Source: Convolutriloba macropyga (taxonomy: Eukaryota). Taken from it: a DNA stretch of 64,000 nucleotides. The notes under the pieces were generated by a model. It saw only the letters and a program-made list of their open reading frames with translations, searched no databases and was not told the DNA's origin. The translations under genes were made by a program, and so were the position numbers. Numbering within the stretch: position 1 is the first letter of the stretch; every line of letters starts with the position of its first letter. Shown here piece by piece: positions 12,541 through 24,884 of the stretch. The stretch spans positions 868,001 to 932,000 of the forward strand of contig NC_134472.1 in the NCBI RefSeq assembly GCF_964194025.1, given 5' to 3'.

Positions 12541-12861
12541 TTGATGATCTTACTTCTTAATTACAGAAGTCAAATTAAAGGTGAAACAATTGGAGGAAAC
12601 GCAAAAGCGGCGCTATACCCCTTACAGCTCTATAATCATAGCAGACACGCAGCTGATGGCTTAGCGAAGACGACAAATGCTGTAGAGGGGTGGCATCTGG
12701 GCATGACTACACTTTTGCAAGGCAATCATCCGTGCCTCAGAATCGTTCTCGCGAAAATTTTGCTCGACGCCACAAACCAGAATTTCAATATCATTAAAGC
12801 AACAAGTGGAAATCACAACAGAAGCCGCAAAAAGTATCGGGTGATAGATGAAAACGTGTAA
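12541..12861 (+). pseudogene. MULE transposase C-terminal fragment
   Basis: LYPLQLYNH...GLAKTTNAVEGWH...NHP matches the MULE RTNNxxEGWH motif; the central DDE region is largely missing. Confidence 0.8.
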
Positions 12862-14786
12862 ACATTTTCAAAACTGATATAACTTCTTATCTGCGATTTT
12901 TGGCCTATCATACCCATTCGTAGCCTTCATTGCCTTTTTTAAGCTCTTTTTATTTGTATTTGTCAGTATAAATTTTCAAAAAAAAACGTATTTAAAACTA
13001 GAAGAGCTAGAGGGATCATTTCGTGACATTAAAGAAGATGGGTACCAGTAGTTGTTTCATCCTTCTTTGTTATTGACTAGGCCAATTGGTTTCCCTGATT
13101 GTGACTAGTTTTTCCTATTTTCCCAACTTTGCCCAGTTTGCCCTTTTGCTTTTAATTTTTTGCGATTTCGGGGAAAATTTTTCGACGGGAATTGAACTAC
13201 CGCGTATGCTGGTCAGACTGAGTGAACAAACCACTAAACCAATCGTGCCGGACATGTAGCGTTAATTTTGTTGTAAGTATTGCATTGCACGCATTTCAAA
13301 TGACCGAAAAGCCGCTTTGACAAAGAAGTGTCTCTGAGCTAAAAGATACTTTGACATAAAAGCCGCTTTTTAGGACATTGACCGTTTTGTTGCCATTTAA
13401 TCTCTTGTTTCGCATTTTTTTAAGCATGCTTGACTTCATTTGCTTTGAACAGAACCGTTTTATTTATGCGGTGTAATTAGCCTTACGCACTTTGCTTTGA
13501 ACTTGAAAAGAGCATTAATTCTCAAAATTGGTTACGTTGGGAGTGGGTAAGTTGGCATTGGGTAAAATGGAATTGGGCAAATTGTCATCTGACCACAAAA
13601 CGGGGGGGGGGCTATAATGGCATAGACCCGAATTTTCAGATTTTTTTCATTAAATTTGAACTGCAACAATTCTGTGACCGGTTAACTGTCGGTCATTTGA
13701 ATTTCAATTGGACGGATATAAAGACAATAACTCAGCTTCATTATTTTTGAATACAATTGTATAATTTAAAAAGATGTATTGTTTTCATTAAGCATTGCTC
13801 TTGTTGAAGTATTAATTCCGTTCATACAACCAATTGAAGATTAAAAACTCGAAGCTCTATTACATTTGATAGCACGTGTCATATTATTACACTACTAATA
13901 TCATTCTGGTTGACTGTACTCCAAATTTATCTTCAACTGGTTAACTGTGAATCTAAATTTGAGCAGCAACAGAATTGATAACTGAGCAATTATTGGTAAC
14001 AAGGTAAGAAAAACTTTCTTGTCCGCTATATTTCCTGACAAAAAAGAGCTGAAATGAATTAAATATTCAGCAGTTCCAAAATGACCTCTTTAGTTCGCCA
14101 ATAAGTTGACAAACGTAATAGGAGTACTGCTAGTAAATAAAAACTCACATTAAAAACGAAATATTAAGAGAATTTTGCGTTTTCCACGAACGTCTTTCGA
14201 GAAATTTGTTCAATTTCGATCATTCCAGAATCCCTTGAAGCAACTTTTGCGATGTGAATTTATGCATCGTGATCGAATTGAACAGAATTTATGCTGGACT
14301 CAAGATATTATTAAAAGTTTATAGCGGTTTCAAAATTAACTTCTACAGCAAACTTAGAATATTCTTTGGCCATTATAATTATTTTTATTTTTGTTCGACG
14401 AGTCAAACCAATTATGCTCCTCCCTTTTTTCTGAATAATTAAATAATCGGTCGGTGCAGCACATGAAATGTCGAAATTGTAATTAATAGTGCAAGGGCAA
14501 CACTTTTTCGTCAAAACTGTCCCTCATCTGAGTGTATTGGAAACAACGCACATTTATATCAGCAAATGAACAAATCAGTAATTTTCATAAAAGTTTCAAA
14601 ATGAGTGGTTTTTTTGAAATGTTTTGTTGGTATCAGTATGCTGGTTCTTAATTGCACGGAAAGCTAGATTGAGGATTAAAAAAAATCAAGAGTACTAAAA
14701 TTCACTTTTCCGCAAAATGTTACTTTTCCGCATTGTATGCGCTCCATTTTCTCTATCCAAATAAATTGAGTTCCAAGTATATCATA

Positions 14787-17398
14787 TGTGGAATTGATAC
14801 AAATCATGGGTCCTTAACCCCTAGTTGAGAGAGGTACTTGGCTTTCAAAATAGTAATTAATTTGCAAAGTTTCGAAGTTTATCTTGAGCGTATTCGATAA
14901 GTAAACAAAAGGAGCGAACTTGAGCGATTTAGGTTGGTGTGAAATCTTATGTAAACAAAAGGTAGATTAGATTTGCAAAGTGATCAAGTTGTCAGAAATA
15001 GTCAGAATCAAACTCCAAGGTCATTAAACGAAAGAAACCAAGTATGAATATACCAAAAAAAGAACGGAAGGGCTTGGCAAAAGCAATGATAATTTAATAA
15101 ATAAATTCCCCGAAATCCCAAAAATGCGTCCTCTAATAGCCATTTTGGTATGATAAACGCAAGTATTTATTCCCTATAAGTAACTACAAGTTTGGGGTTA
15201 CTGCTTAGTGTTTTCAGGAAAAATATAAAGGTTATCTCAACAAGGAAAACTTAAGGCTTAAAAAGGGAAAAACAAAAGGAATGCTTTGAAGAATTTGTCG
15301 GCCAAATTTATTGTATTTTTCGAACGAAAAACATGTTTGTTAGCCTCCAAAAGTTACCCACAGCATGGGGAAGACCAATTAAAGACAAAGAGGTAAAGCT
15401 GTTGTCACAACCTATACTCTGTGAAAAAACAAAGCAAATTATATGTGAAAGAAAAAGCACTTACCAATATTTTGTTTTTCAAATGGTAGAAAAGAGACTT
15501 TTAATCGTTAAAAACTGATACTTTTATGGTGTAATTCAGCAAGTGTTTTCTGCACAAAAATCAAACGGGCTTGAATCCATATTAAAATTAGTAAAATAAA
15601 AAGATGGTTGAAGGGACACGCATGAAGAAATGAAAAGGAAAATAAAACGGTTTGAAAAAGTGTTAGCTTTTTATTGCAATAGTGTTTTGAATCCAAACCC
15701 GGTAACCCCATTTTGGGAGAATTAGTGAGAGTATTATTTCAGTAGTGTTTTGTTTTTGCAGAAGAAAATTGGAAGAGATCTTGGGAATTATTGCAATTAA
15801 TTGTTGGAGTTCTTATATCCAAATTTTGTCAGTCAGGTCGCATTTAGCGGGGGATTTTCGGTTAAATCATAGTGTCTAGTAGAATCAGAGCTCGGAAAAA
15901 GTAACGCTACTATCGGTTTGGTAATTACACATTGTAGGAAATCATTGTTGTCAAGGAAAAGCGGTAACTAAAGTATTAGAGGTTCAAAAGGTCTAAACAT
16001 TTGCAAAAGAGAATTTTTGGTGGAAAAAACGAGTTATGAAGTGAGTTCAATGTATGAGATGGGACTAATTATTGCCCTGAAGTGTTCTAGAGAATAGATT
16101 GATAAGTCCAAAAGAGCACAATAGCTGTTTGAAGGAATTTCTGATAGAGAGAAACTCCAAAGTTACAAAACCAAGCGTCCAAGCAAGTCCTGAAAACCCT
16201 ACTTCCTCAAGTCCGATCACCATGAAATTTTAACTGATCACTCCTCGGACAATTCCTTGCACCTTGAAAAAAAACAACAGGCTTTTTCCGGTACCCGCAA
16301 CCGCCGCCTTTTTGGCCTTTAAAGAAAACAAAGAAAAAGGCAGAAAGAACTATGTTTTCCCTGATTTTTAAATAACTGCCAGATCATTAAAAAACAATAT
16401 TCTCAGAACCACAGGGGAGCAAACGTATTCTTGGGTTAAATCAGGCAAGTTTTAGCAACATGAAAAAGGATAAAACAGAGTGTATGTACTTGTATAAGAA
16501 CTGTTGAACATGAAACATAAGTTTTGTTGCATCTTGAACTTATCAAAGCGAGTTGTTCACAAAATTCCGGTCATCTTTAGCAAACATTTACATTAGATAA
16601 ACTACAGCGCATAGACAATATCCTACGCCCACTAATACGCTTATACGTTAGGTCAAAATGTTCGAAAAGGAACGACACGTTACGTTTTACTGATAAAAAC
16701 TGATAAGGTTGAGTACCCTTAAGAACAAGAAAAACCATCAGACGCGAGAGAGCAAGTCTGAGAGAAAGACTTACGAGACTGAAACACAGCAGTTTGTTAG
16801 TCAAAACTGTGTGAGAGAGAAAGCTCAAGTGGAGCAGTTGATTCTCAGAGTGAGAAAATTGTAGTTGTTTAGTGAGTTCTTTGCGAATGAACATAGTTTG
16901 GCAGTTGCAGTGAGTGAAACTGCAACGTTTTTCAAAAGTGTTGATTGCGAAGATTATAAGTTTCTGGCCAGTAACATAGCTACTGGGCGGCAGAACTTAT
17001 TTCAGTTATCGGTGAAAAGAAGTAGAGTGACGGATTTGTGGATACTTGCGGAGAGAGTGATTGAATTGGTTTGATTTAGTGTGGATCATTAATTAGTTTT
17101 GATAGAAAAATTACTTTTGATTGTTGAATTTACTCAATTAACTGTCTCTGGCTATAACATAACTTGTTGCTGGTATTACATATTTTGATTAATAATTGAA
17201 TTATCTTGAGTGAAGTGTTCAAGCAGCCGATAGAGCAACATTTTTTGGGGACAACACAGTACACTCCCTATTACAAGAGGAACCACCAAACAAATCTTTC
17301 GGAATTTTGACGGAGTTTTGACGGAAATTTTCGGAGTTTTGGGCGCTAGCCAGTCCCCAGCTAAAAGCCTTCTAACGACAAAAATACAAAATTCTACA
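14787..17398 (+). repeat. 5' LTR
   Basis: TGTGGAATT...AATTCTACA; ~99% identical to the 3' LTR by eye, with an extra ~22 bp near 17310-17335. Confidence 0.97.
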
Positions 17399-17399
17399 G

Positions 17400-17419
17400 T
17401 GGCGCTCCTGGGTGGGCTC
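17400..17419 (+). other. Primer binding site, tRNA-Asn-like
   Basis: TGGCGCTCCTGGGTGGGCTC lies one base after the LTR. Its reverse complement GAGCCCACCCAGGAGCGCCA resembles the 3' end of animal tRNA-Asn(GUU) plus CCA. Confidence 0.8.
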
Positions 17420-17809
17420 TTTTGTTAAAAATGGAGTTATTCGGAAAATTTGAGTGTGAAGAGAGTTCTGCGAAACTTGCAACAACTTCTCAAAGCTGGC
17501 GAATTTCTACGCAGAGCAAGTCGAGGAACACGTTGAAGATAATTTGAACCAGATTACAAGTGTTGTGGAACGGAGGAGATTGATAGAATTTGAGCAACAG
17601 AGACAGACATTACCCGGAGAGGGTTATTTTGGAACACAGTCAGTCATTTTTCTCGGGACGAGGATTCTGAGTGTAGAGCTGGGAGTACCCGAGCAGATAG
17701 ATTGAGGAGAATACTCAGACAGAGATGAGAAGAAGAACTAAGACGACTTGTAGCAGAGGTTGAAGCCTCAGAAGAGCAGTCGGAGTGAAAGGCAGTATTT
17801 TGGAAAACA

Positions 17810-19324
17810 ATGGCAGGATTCGGGTCCATAAAACGCTTTCCTTCGCCTAGGTATGAATTTTGGGAGGACTGGCGTGAGTATTACTTGGATGTTTGTGAAG
17901 TGTTCATGTGGACAGAAGACGAAGTCAAGAGATACTTGCCAGAGAAGTTGTGTGATTGGGCACTTGACTCCTTGAATTATTTGCCACACAAATTTTGGAA
18001 ATCCGATCAAAAGTATCGTGCTTGGACTCTTCAAGAAACTTTGTACTTCTTTGATCTGAGACTGTCCAATAACCCACAGTTTTATAAGGATGCGTTTGAG
18101 AGATACTTGATAGAGAAAGAGGAATATGAGGAAGCGGTTTTACAGTGTGAAATTGACAGACCAGTTTTTCAAAGTGACGTTGTTGACGGAGAGGAGTTAC
18201 AGCGCCAAGAGCGGACTCCAACATCAGACAAAAAGAAAGACGTTCAAGTGAAAACCGATATAATTGTCAAATCAGTGATGACCAAAAAGCCAGCAAAGAT
18301 TTCTTCGACTAAACATTGGTCTGCCATAAAAGCTGTTGGTTTTGGGGTAAAAGCAATGCTGGAAGAGAACCCGAAGTTCAGAGACGGTACGAGAAGAAGC
18401 TTTTCAAAATTGGCTGACAGTTTGTCCGGTGTGGAGATTGTTGCTGATTCGAATGTCATTGGTGGCAATCTAACCTTCAATTTTTACGGAGAGATGGAGG
18501 AGCAGATTACGACAAAGACAATATCTGAAGATGAACAGTTCAAGAAAATGATGGATCGATGCATTGCACGGTGGGACAATAGTGAGAAGATAAAAATTGC
18601 AGAGCAGAGGAACGAAGCACTCGAAGAAATTGATTTCAGTGAGTTGGAGGATGATGCAACTTTTATTCACGACGATTTTAGTGATGATGACAGCTTCTTT
18701 GAAAGTGACGATGAACACAAGTTTTACTGCATGGACGACGATGTGTTCCTACCAAACATTCGTGGGCGGCACAGTAGTTCTGATTCTTTGGCGTCGACAC
18801 CAGGAAACGAATTGACAGTTGTGAAGAAGTGCTCCAAAAGTTTGACAACTCTTGAAGAAATCACGTCCGGTCCTGGCGTGCCGTGGCACTTTGGCAAATG
18901 GATAGATGTTGGAGAAACAGCTATGCCGCATTTTAGCGTTGCTCACAGAGATGATTTGGCCACAGCAGCAGAAAATATTTTTAGTGGAAATTTGATTGCT
19001 ATTAGTTCACGCCAGGGTATAGTCAGTACTGGGTCGCAGCACTTTGACCACATTAGTGTGACCCGAACGTCTGAAGATAACTCTGAGAAATTACAAGGGA
19101 GTTTTGTATCTTTCCCAACAGACGGTGCCGATCGCAAAGCCACCCAAAGTTTTGGTAGCAAGGCTGCAAAAGCAAACACGGATGGATTTCTAGAAGAAAG
19201 CAAAGAAGAAAAATCGACTACAGCCGCGAAATCAGGCGCGGAAATTTTTTCTCCGAGAATTGGAAAGAAAACGCAGTTGATGAAACAGATAAATATGAAA
19301 AAGAGGACTCAAAAAGTTGCGTGA
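17810..19324 (+). CDS. Retroelement ORF1: N-terminal Gag/capsid-like segment plus long acidic, low-complexity orphan region (504 aa)
   Basis: Long ORF after the PBS. The N-terminal pattern FWEDWREYY...W...YLPEKLCDWALD resembles retrotransposon Gag. No CCHC knuckle. Confidence 0.7.
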   Translation: MAGFGSIKRFPSPRYEFWEDWREYYLDVCEVFMWTEDEVKRYLPEKLCDWALDSLNYLPHKFWKSDQKYRAWTLQETLYFFDLRLSNNPQFYKDAFERYLIEKEEYEEAVLQCEIDRPVFQSDVVDGEELQRQERTPTSDKKKDVQVKTDIIVKSVMTKKPAKISSTKHWSAIKAVGFGVKAMLEENPKFRDGTRRSFSKLADSLSGVEIVADSNVIGGNLTFNFYGEMEEQITTKTISEDEQFKKMMDRCIARWDNSEKIKIAEQRNEALEEIDFSELEDDATFIHDDFSDDDSFFESDDEHKFYCMDDDVFLPNIRGRHSSSDSLASTPGNELTVVKKCSKSLTTLEEITSGPGVPWHFGKWIDVGETAMPHFSVAHRDDLATAAENIFSGNLIAISSRQGIVSTGSQHFDHISVTRTSEDNSEKLQGSFVSFPTDGADRKATQSFGSKAAKANTDGFLEESKEEKSTTAAKSGAEIFSPRIGKKTQLMKQINMKKRTQKVA

Positions 19325-20229
19325 CTGCCGTAGGCAGCGGGAATACTATAGAAGAAGAAATATCTAGTTTTGGAAATTCGCTTCAGCTAGTGCCTGTAAT
19401 TTTTAGAAAGCTGGATAATCAGAGCTTCGATGCAGAAATAGCGGCGGCTGGGGAAACAGTTATTTATGATGTTTGTGACCATTCAATTGCTGAAGAATTA
19501 GTAAAGTCTGGCGCCCTCATTAATGGGCAAGATGGAAGTGGTGATGGCTCGGGTGATGTGGTTTGTGGTTTAGTTCAGATGAATTTGGAAGAGCCAGATC
19601 GCAAGAAAAAATGTTCATTAAACTCGGAGGCCCTATTACTCCACTCGGATGAGAAAAAGTTGAAACTGAGTTTCTCTTATGCTGCCAATGATGGGACTCC
19701 TCAGCGCAACCAGTTTGAAAGAAGCGCAAATGAGCAGTCACTGATGTTGGGGCAAGGCAGTGTTTCTACTCCAGAAGAAATCTTATTCCGAGAATATTCA
19801 ACTAGCGAATCAGATTGTGAAGTGTTGCACATCCAGAAGGGAGAGTTTGGCGACGATAAGTCAGTGTCACCTTCAAGGGAAATTGATCTGGAGCTGAAAT
19901 TGCTATTTGACGGAGAAAACAGTTTTCCGTTTGATTTTGGAGAGAATGTAGTGCCAGTACAATTCGAGAGTTCTTATTCGAAGCAAGATAATAAACGGGA
20001 GCAGTCCTCGGATTTTGAAGTCAAGAAAGCAGTAAATACTGATCTAAATCAGTTTTCAATGGGCGTATTTGGCCAAGAAGAGATAGTACAAAATAGGAGG
20101 GAGGTATCGTATAGTTCTTCTCCGAACTTGTTGAGGGCGAAGGACGATCAGAGAGGTCTGGAACTGGAGTACCCTGAGTTGTACAAGCTGTTGTTTAGAA
20201 AGCAAAAAGTCAGTCGGAAGGAGAAGTAG
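19321..20229 (+). CDS. Retroelement ORF2, acidic orphan protein (302 aa); probably the frameshifted continuation of ORF1
   Basis: This frame is open from 19159, lies at -1 relative to ORF1 and has a similar D/E/S-rich composition. No pol motifs. Confidence 0.6.
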   Translation: MTAVGSGNTIEEEISSFGNSLQLVPVIFRKLDNQSFDAEIAAAGETVIYDVCDHSIAEELVKSGALINGQDGSGDGSGDVVCGLVQMNLEEPDRKKKCSLNSEALLLHSDEKKLKLSFSYAANDGTPQRNQFERSANEQSLMLGQGSVSTPEEILFREYSTSESDCEVLHIQKGEFGDDKSVSPSREIDLELKLLFDGENSFPFDFGENVVPVQFESSYSKQDNKREQSSDFEVKKAVNTDLNQFSMGVFGQEEIVQNRREVSYSSSPNLLRAKDDQRGLELEYPELYKLLFRKQKVSRKEK

Positions 20230-20869
20230 AACAAACTGAAAACGAGGTGTTATTCGTCCAGGGGAGTCTTGCGCAAACGAATGAAAAGGTCGAAGAATGA
20301 GAATGGAGGCGGTCATCCATTCAAGCATCGGAGGAAGAAAGAAGAGTTGACAAAGTTGGTAAAGTTGAACTGTCTTTGGTGAGAACTAGTTATTCAAATC
20401 TGCAGCTCTTATGGTTGGGGGTTTTTATGCCATAAATTAAATTAGAAGCTCACAATTGACTCAACAAATCTTCTGTTAATTTTCAAAGTGCATGTGCTCT
20501 TAATGACAAAAACCATTGGAAAAAGATGGTCAGTTTAATTAAAATGTACGGAATTGAGACTAGGATTAAGAGTTACGGTTGTTGCTATAGTATTTTTTTT
20601 AACATTGAGCTTCTTTTCAGCCAGTGTTTTGATCTAAAAACAATTGGTTAACTGTGTCATTTTTTAATGATCATGCTTATATCTTCTAATTTTTACTTAA
20701 TCAGTAAACGGTGCTCTGGGCATTTTCTAATTTTCATTTAATTGGAGCTCCATTTAATTGGTTCACACTAACGGATGTTCACTAAGTTTCTAAACTAAAA
20801 ACGCTCTGTGCTAAAGAAAAAGTGTACTAGTACACAGGACATTTTAATTATTCGGGAGAATAATAGTCT

Positions 20870-20881
20870 GGAAGGGAGGAG
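20870..20881 (+). other. Polypurine tract
   Basis: GGAAGGGAGGAG directly before the 3' LTR. Confidence 0.9.
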
Positions 20882-23472
20882 TGTGGAATTGATACAAATC
20901 ATGGGTCTTTAACCCCTAGTTGAGAGAGGGACTTGGCTTTCAAAATAGTAATTAATTTGCAAAGTTTCGAAGTTTATCTTGAGCGTATTTGATAAGTAAA
21001 CAAAAGGAGCGAACTTGAGCGATTTAGGTTGGTGTGAAATCTTATGTAAACAAAAGGTAGATTAGATTTGCAAGGTGATCAAGTTGTCAGAAATAGTCAG
21101 AATCAAACTCCAAGGTCATTAAACGAAAGAAGCCAAGTATGAATATACCAAAAAAAGAATGGAAGGGCTTGGCAAAAGCAATGATAATTTAATAAATAAA
21201 TTCCCCGAAATCCCAAAAATGCGTCCTCTAATAGCCATTTTGGTATGATAAACGCAAGTATTTATTCCCTATAAGTAACTACAAGTATGGGGTTACTGCT
21301 TAGTGTTTTCAGGAAAAATTTAAAGGTTATCTCAACAAGGAAAACTTAAGGCTTAAAAAGGGAAAAACAAAAGGAATGCTTTGAAGAATTTGTCGGCCAA
21401 ATTTATTGTATTTTTCCAACGAAAAACATGTTTGTTAGCCTCCAACAGTTACCCACAGCATGGGGAAGACCAATTAAAGACAAAGAGGTAAAGCTGTTGT
21501 CACAAACTATACTCTGTGAAAAAACAAAGCAAATTATATGTGAAAGAAAAAGCACTTACCAATATTTTGTTTTTCAAATGGTAGAAAAGAGACTTTTAAT
21601 CGTTAAAAACTGATACTTTTATGGTGTAATTCAGCAAGTATTTTCTGCACAAAAATCAAACGGGCTTGAATCCATATTAATATTAGTAAAATAAAAAGAT
21701 GGTTGAAGGGACACGCATGAAGAAATGAAAAGGAAAATAAAACGGTTTGAAAAAGTGTTAGCTTTTTATTGCAATAGTGTTTTGAATCCAAACCCGGTAA
21801 CCCCATTTTGGGAGAATTAGTGAGAGTATTATTTCAGTAGTGTTTTGTTTTTGCAGAAGAAAATTGGAAGAGATCTTGGGAATTATTGCAATTAGTTGTT
21901 GGAGTTCTTATATCCAAATTTTGTCAGTCAGGTCGCATTTAGCGGGGGATTTTCGGTTAAATCATAGTGTCTAGTAGAATCAGAGCTCGGAAAAAGTAAC
22001 GCTACTATCGGTTTGGTAATTACACATTGTAGGAAATCATTGTTGTCAAGGAAAAGCGGTAACTAAAGTATTAGAGGTTCAAAAGGTCTAAACATTTGCA
22101 AAAGAGAATTTTTGGTGGAAAAAACGAGTTATGAAGTGAGTTCAATGTATGAGATGGGACTAATAATTGCCCTGAAGTGTTCTAGAGAATAGATTGATAA
22201 GTCCAAAAGAGCACAATGGCTGTTTGAAGGAATTTCTGATAGAGAGAAACTCCAAAGTTACAAAACCAAGCGTCCAAGCAAGTCCTGAAAACCCTACTTC
22301 CTCAAGTCCGATCACCATGAAATTTTAACTGATCACTCCTCGGACAATTCCTTGCACCTTGAAAAAAACAACAGGCTTTTTCCGGTACCCGCAACCGCCG
22401 CTTTTTTGGCCTTTAAAGAAAACAAAGAAAAAGGCAGAAAGAACTATGTTTTCCCTTATTTTTAAATAACTGTCAGATCATTAAAACACAATATTCTCAG
22501 AACCACAGGGGAGCAAACGTATTCTTGGGTTAAATCAGGCAAGTTTTAGCAACATCAAAAAGGATAAAACAGAGTGTATGTACTTGTATAAGAACTGTTG
22601 AACATGAAACATAAGTTTTGTTGCATCTTGAACTTATCAAAGCGAGTTGTTCACAAAATTCCGGTCATCTTAAGCAAACATTTACTTTAGATAAACTACA
22701 GCGCATAGACAATATCCTACGCCCACTAATACGCTTATACGTTAGGTCAAAAATGTTCGAAAAGGAACGACACGTTACGTTTTACTGATAAAAACTGATA
22801 AGGTTGAGTACCCTTAAGAACAAGAAAAACCATCAGACGCGAGAGAGCAAGTCTGAGAGAAAGACTTACGAGACTGAAACACAGCAGTTTGTTAGTCAAA
22901 ACTGTGTGAGAGAGAAAGCTCAAGTGGAGCAGTTGATTCTCAGAGTGAGAAAATTGTAGTTGTTTAGTGAGTTCTTTGCGAATGAACATAGTTTGGCAGT
23001 TGCAGTGAGTGAAACTGCAACGTTTTTCAAAAGTGTTGATTGCGAAGATTATAAGTTTCTGGCCAGTAACATAGCTACTGGGCGGCAGAACTTATTTCAG
23101 TTATCGGTGAAAAGAAGTAGAGTGACGGATTTGTGGATACTTGCGGAGAGAGTGATTGAATTGGTTTGATTTAGTGTGGATCATTAATTAGTTTTGATAG
23201 AAAAATTACTTTTGATTGTTGAATTTACTCAATTAACTGTCTCTGGCTATAACATAACTTGTTGCTGGTATTACATATTTTGATTAATAATTGAATTATC
23301 TTGAGTGAAGTTTTCAAGCAGCCGATAGAGCAACATTTTTTGGGGACAACACAGTACACTCCCTATTACAAGAGGAACCACCAAACAAATCTTTCGGAAT
23401 TTTGACAGAGTTTTGGGCGCTAGCCAGTCCCCAGCTAGAAGCCTTCTAACGACAAAAATACAAAATTCTACA
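20882..23472 (+). repeat. 3' LTR
   Basis: TGTGGAATT...AATTCTACA, followed by the TSD TCATA. Confidence 0.97.
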
Positions 23473-23487
23473 TCATAGAACATAAAT

Positions 23488-23664
23488 CTTAGTCGCCCGT
23501 GAGACTTAGCATACTGACACGAGGGGGCTAGGAACAATGCCTAGGATACTAGGTTTTATATACTAACGTGTTTAGAGACGCAACGGTAAAAATTTAAGCG
23601 CTGATTCTTGACACTTGAGAAAGAGTCAAAAGTTAGATTTTGCTAGTGCGAACGGGCGACTAAG
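23488..23664. mobile_element. Putative small MITE
   Basis: Perfect 13-bp inverted repeat CTTAGTCGCCCGT / ACGGGCGACTAAG. Confidence 0.45.
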
Positions 23665-23741
23665 TAGGGCTAGCAATAGTTCACTTATGAGGGCAACTAA
23701 GTGGGGGACAATATTTTAGACAAATACTCGATAAAAACATA

Positions 23742-23888
23742 TTGGATCTTTTCCGTTTGTGCGCCTACCCAGTAGCAGAGCACGTGTCATTAAATAGTAA
23801 ATCATTATGCCAAAATACGCCAAGTGCGTCTTGGGGGTGCAAATAATATACACCCACTAAGCTGGAGGCACAAACGGAAAAGGTCCAA
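23742..23888. mobile_element. Putative small MITE
   Basis: 21-bp inverted repeat TTGGATCTTTTCCGTTTGTGC / GCACAAACGGAAAAGGTCCAA with 1 mismatch. Confidence 0.6.
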
Positions 23889-24884
23889 CATATTTATATT
23901 GCGAACGTATTTTCCACGAGCGCTTCTAAGATTTCACAGCAAATTAATTGACTAAGTTGAGCTGTTTCGAAGTTTTAGTGCCTGACTATTTTTAAATCCG
24001 ATTTTTTCGCCTAACACGAAATCAGTTCAATCTCAATTTGAAATTTTGATGAATCTAAAGGACAAAACTTTTAGACAACTTTTGCAATAAAAACTTCTGA
24101 GCCGATTGTCTTTTTTTAGAGAAGCAATTGTCTATTTTTAGGAGAATCAAGAAGCCTAACAATGAATCAGGTGTCAGAACCAAATAACCAACTTAACTTA
24201 TTTAATTGGTAGCTAAAACATAGAAACTCACGTACAAGTATATGTTAGAGTATAGTTCTGGGAAGCCTAAAGCAATTAGAGCTCACAGCCGACGGCTCTT
24301 TATTGTTGATTTTCTTTTAATAGCAAAATTGAGGACTAAAAGTTACGTGCTAGTGGAAAGTATGGTTTTATCACGCAAAATCGTGTCATTTTTTGCCCTA
24401 TTTTGTTGCCCTAACTTAGTACATACTTTTTTTGAAATAATACATTTTCGCAATACCATGATCTCACTTTTAACGTTTCCGCAACTGTTACTAGAAAAGT
24501 GGCTAAATAAAATTTAGATGTGACGGAGAGTATTAAATAAATCATTTTTTCTCAAAAACGGGTGTCCTAAAATTGCTCGCCAAATAACACATGTTTAGTT
24601 TATCAAATTAGTTTATCATTGATTCTCCAATTACATCTAAGTGCTCGTACTTATAAGTTGTTTCTGGAATAAAAAATCAAATACAAAAAGGTAAACTTCG
24701 TTTTAAAAAATTCATGTAGCTAAAATTTTTCTTTGCTGCTGGGATATTGCAGAACCAATATTTTCTGAATAATAAACCGGTTAAAATAAAAAAAAATGGG
24801 GGAAGGGATAGGGAACAAGTTTTCACGATTTCAATTTTACTTTTTTTAAGTACACCTTGGTATGTCTGGCGAAGAACATTGGTA

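Larger units (their letters stand above)
11559..13594 (+). mobile_element. Decayed Mutator-like (MULE) DNA transposon
   Basis: Termini GTCAGGACATTTTACCCAAT and ATTGGGCAAATTGTCATCTGAC are inverted and built from a 15-bp repeat. Internal FLYWCH-like remnant (WGCSKWNSHKCK...NEHN, ~12030-12180) and MULE transposase C-terminal motif. No TSD recognised. Confidence 0.8.
14787..23472 (+). mobile_element. Full-length non-autonomous LTR retroelement with 2.6-kb LTRs (LARD-like)
   Basis: TG...CA-bounded direct repeats, exact 5-bp TSD TCATA (14782-14786 and 23473-23477), PBS and PPT. The internal 3.5 kb has no protease, RT, RNase H or integrase motifs. Confidence 0.97.

Noticed and set aside
15333-17074. 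Short ORFs duplicated at 21428-23169
   Set aside because: They lie inside the LTRs, and the duplication reflects LTR identity rather than coding constraint.
17726-17788. In-frame TGAs as recoding or an alternative genetic code
   Set aside because: Equally explained by CGA->TGA or TGG->TGA mutations; the same region also has a frameshift, and TGG Trp codons are used normally in the ORF.
19240-19324. Programmed -1 ribosomal frameshift between the retroelement ORFs
   Set aside because: No canonical X XXY YYZ heptamer in the ORF1 frame; a simple indel in the T-run is more parsimonious, though frameshifting is not excluded.
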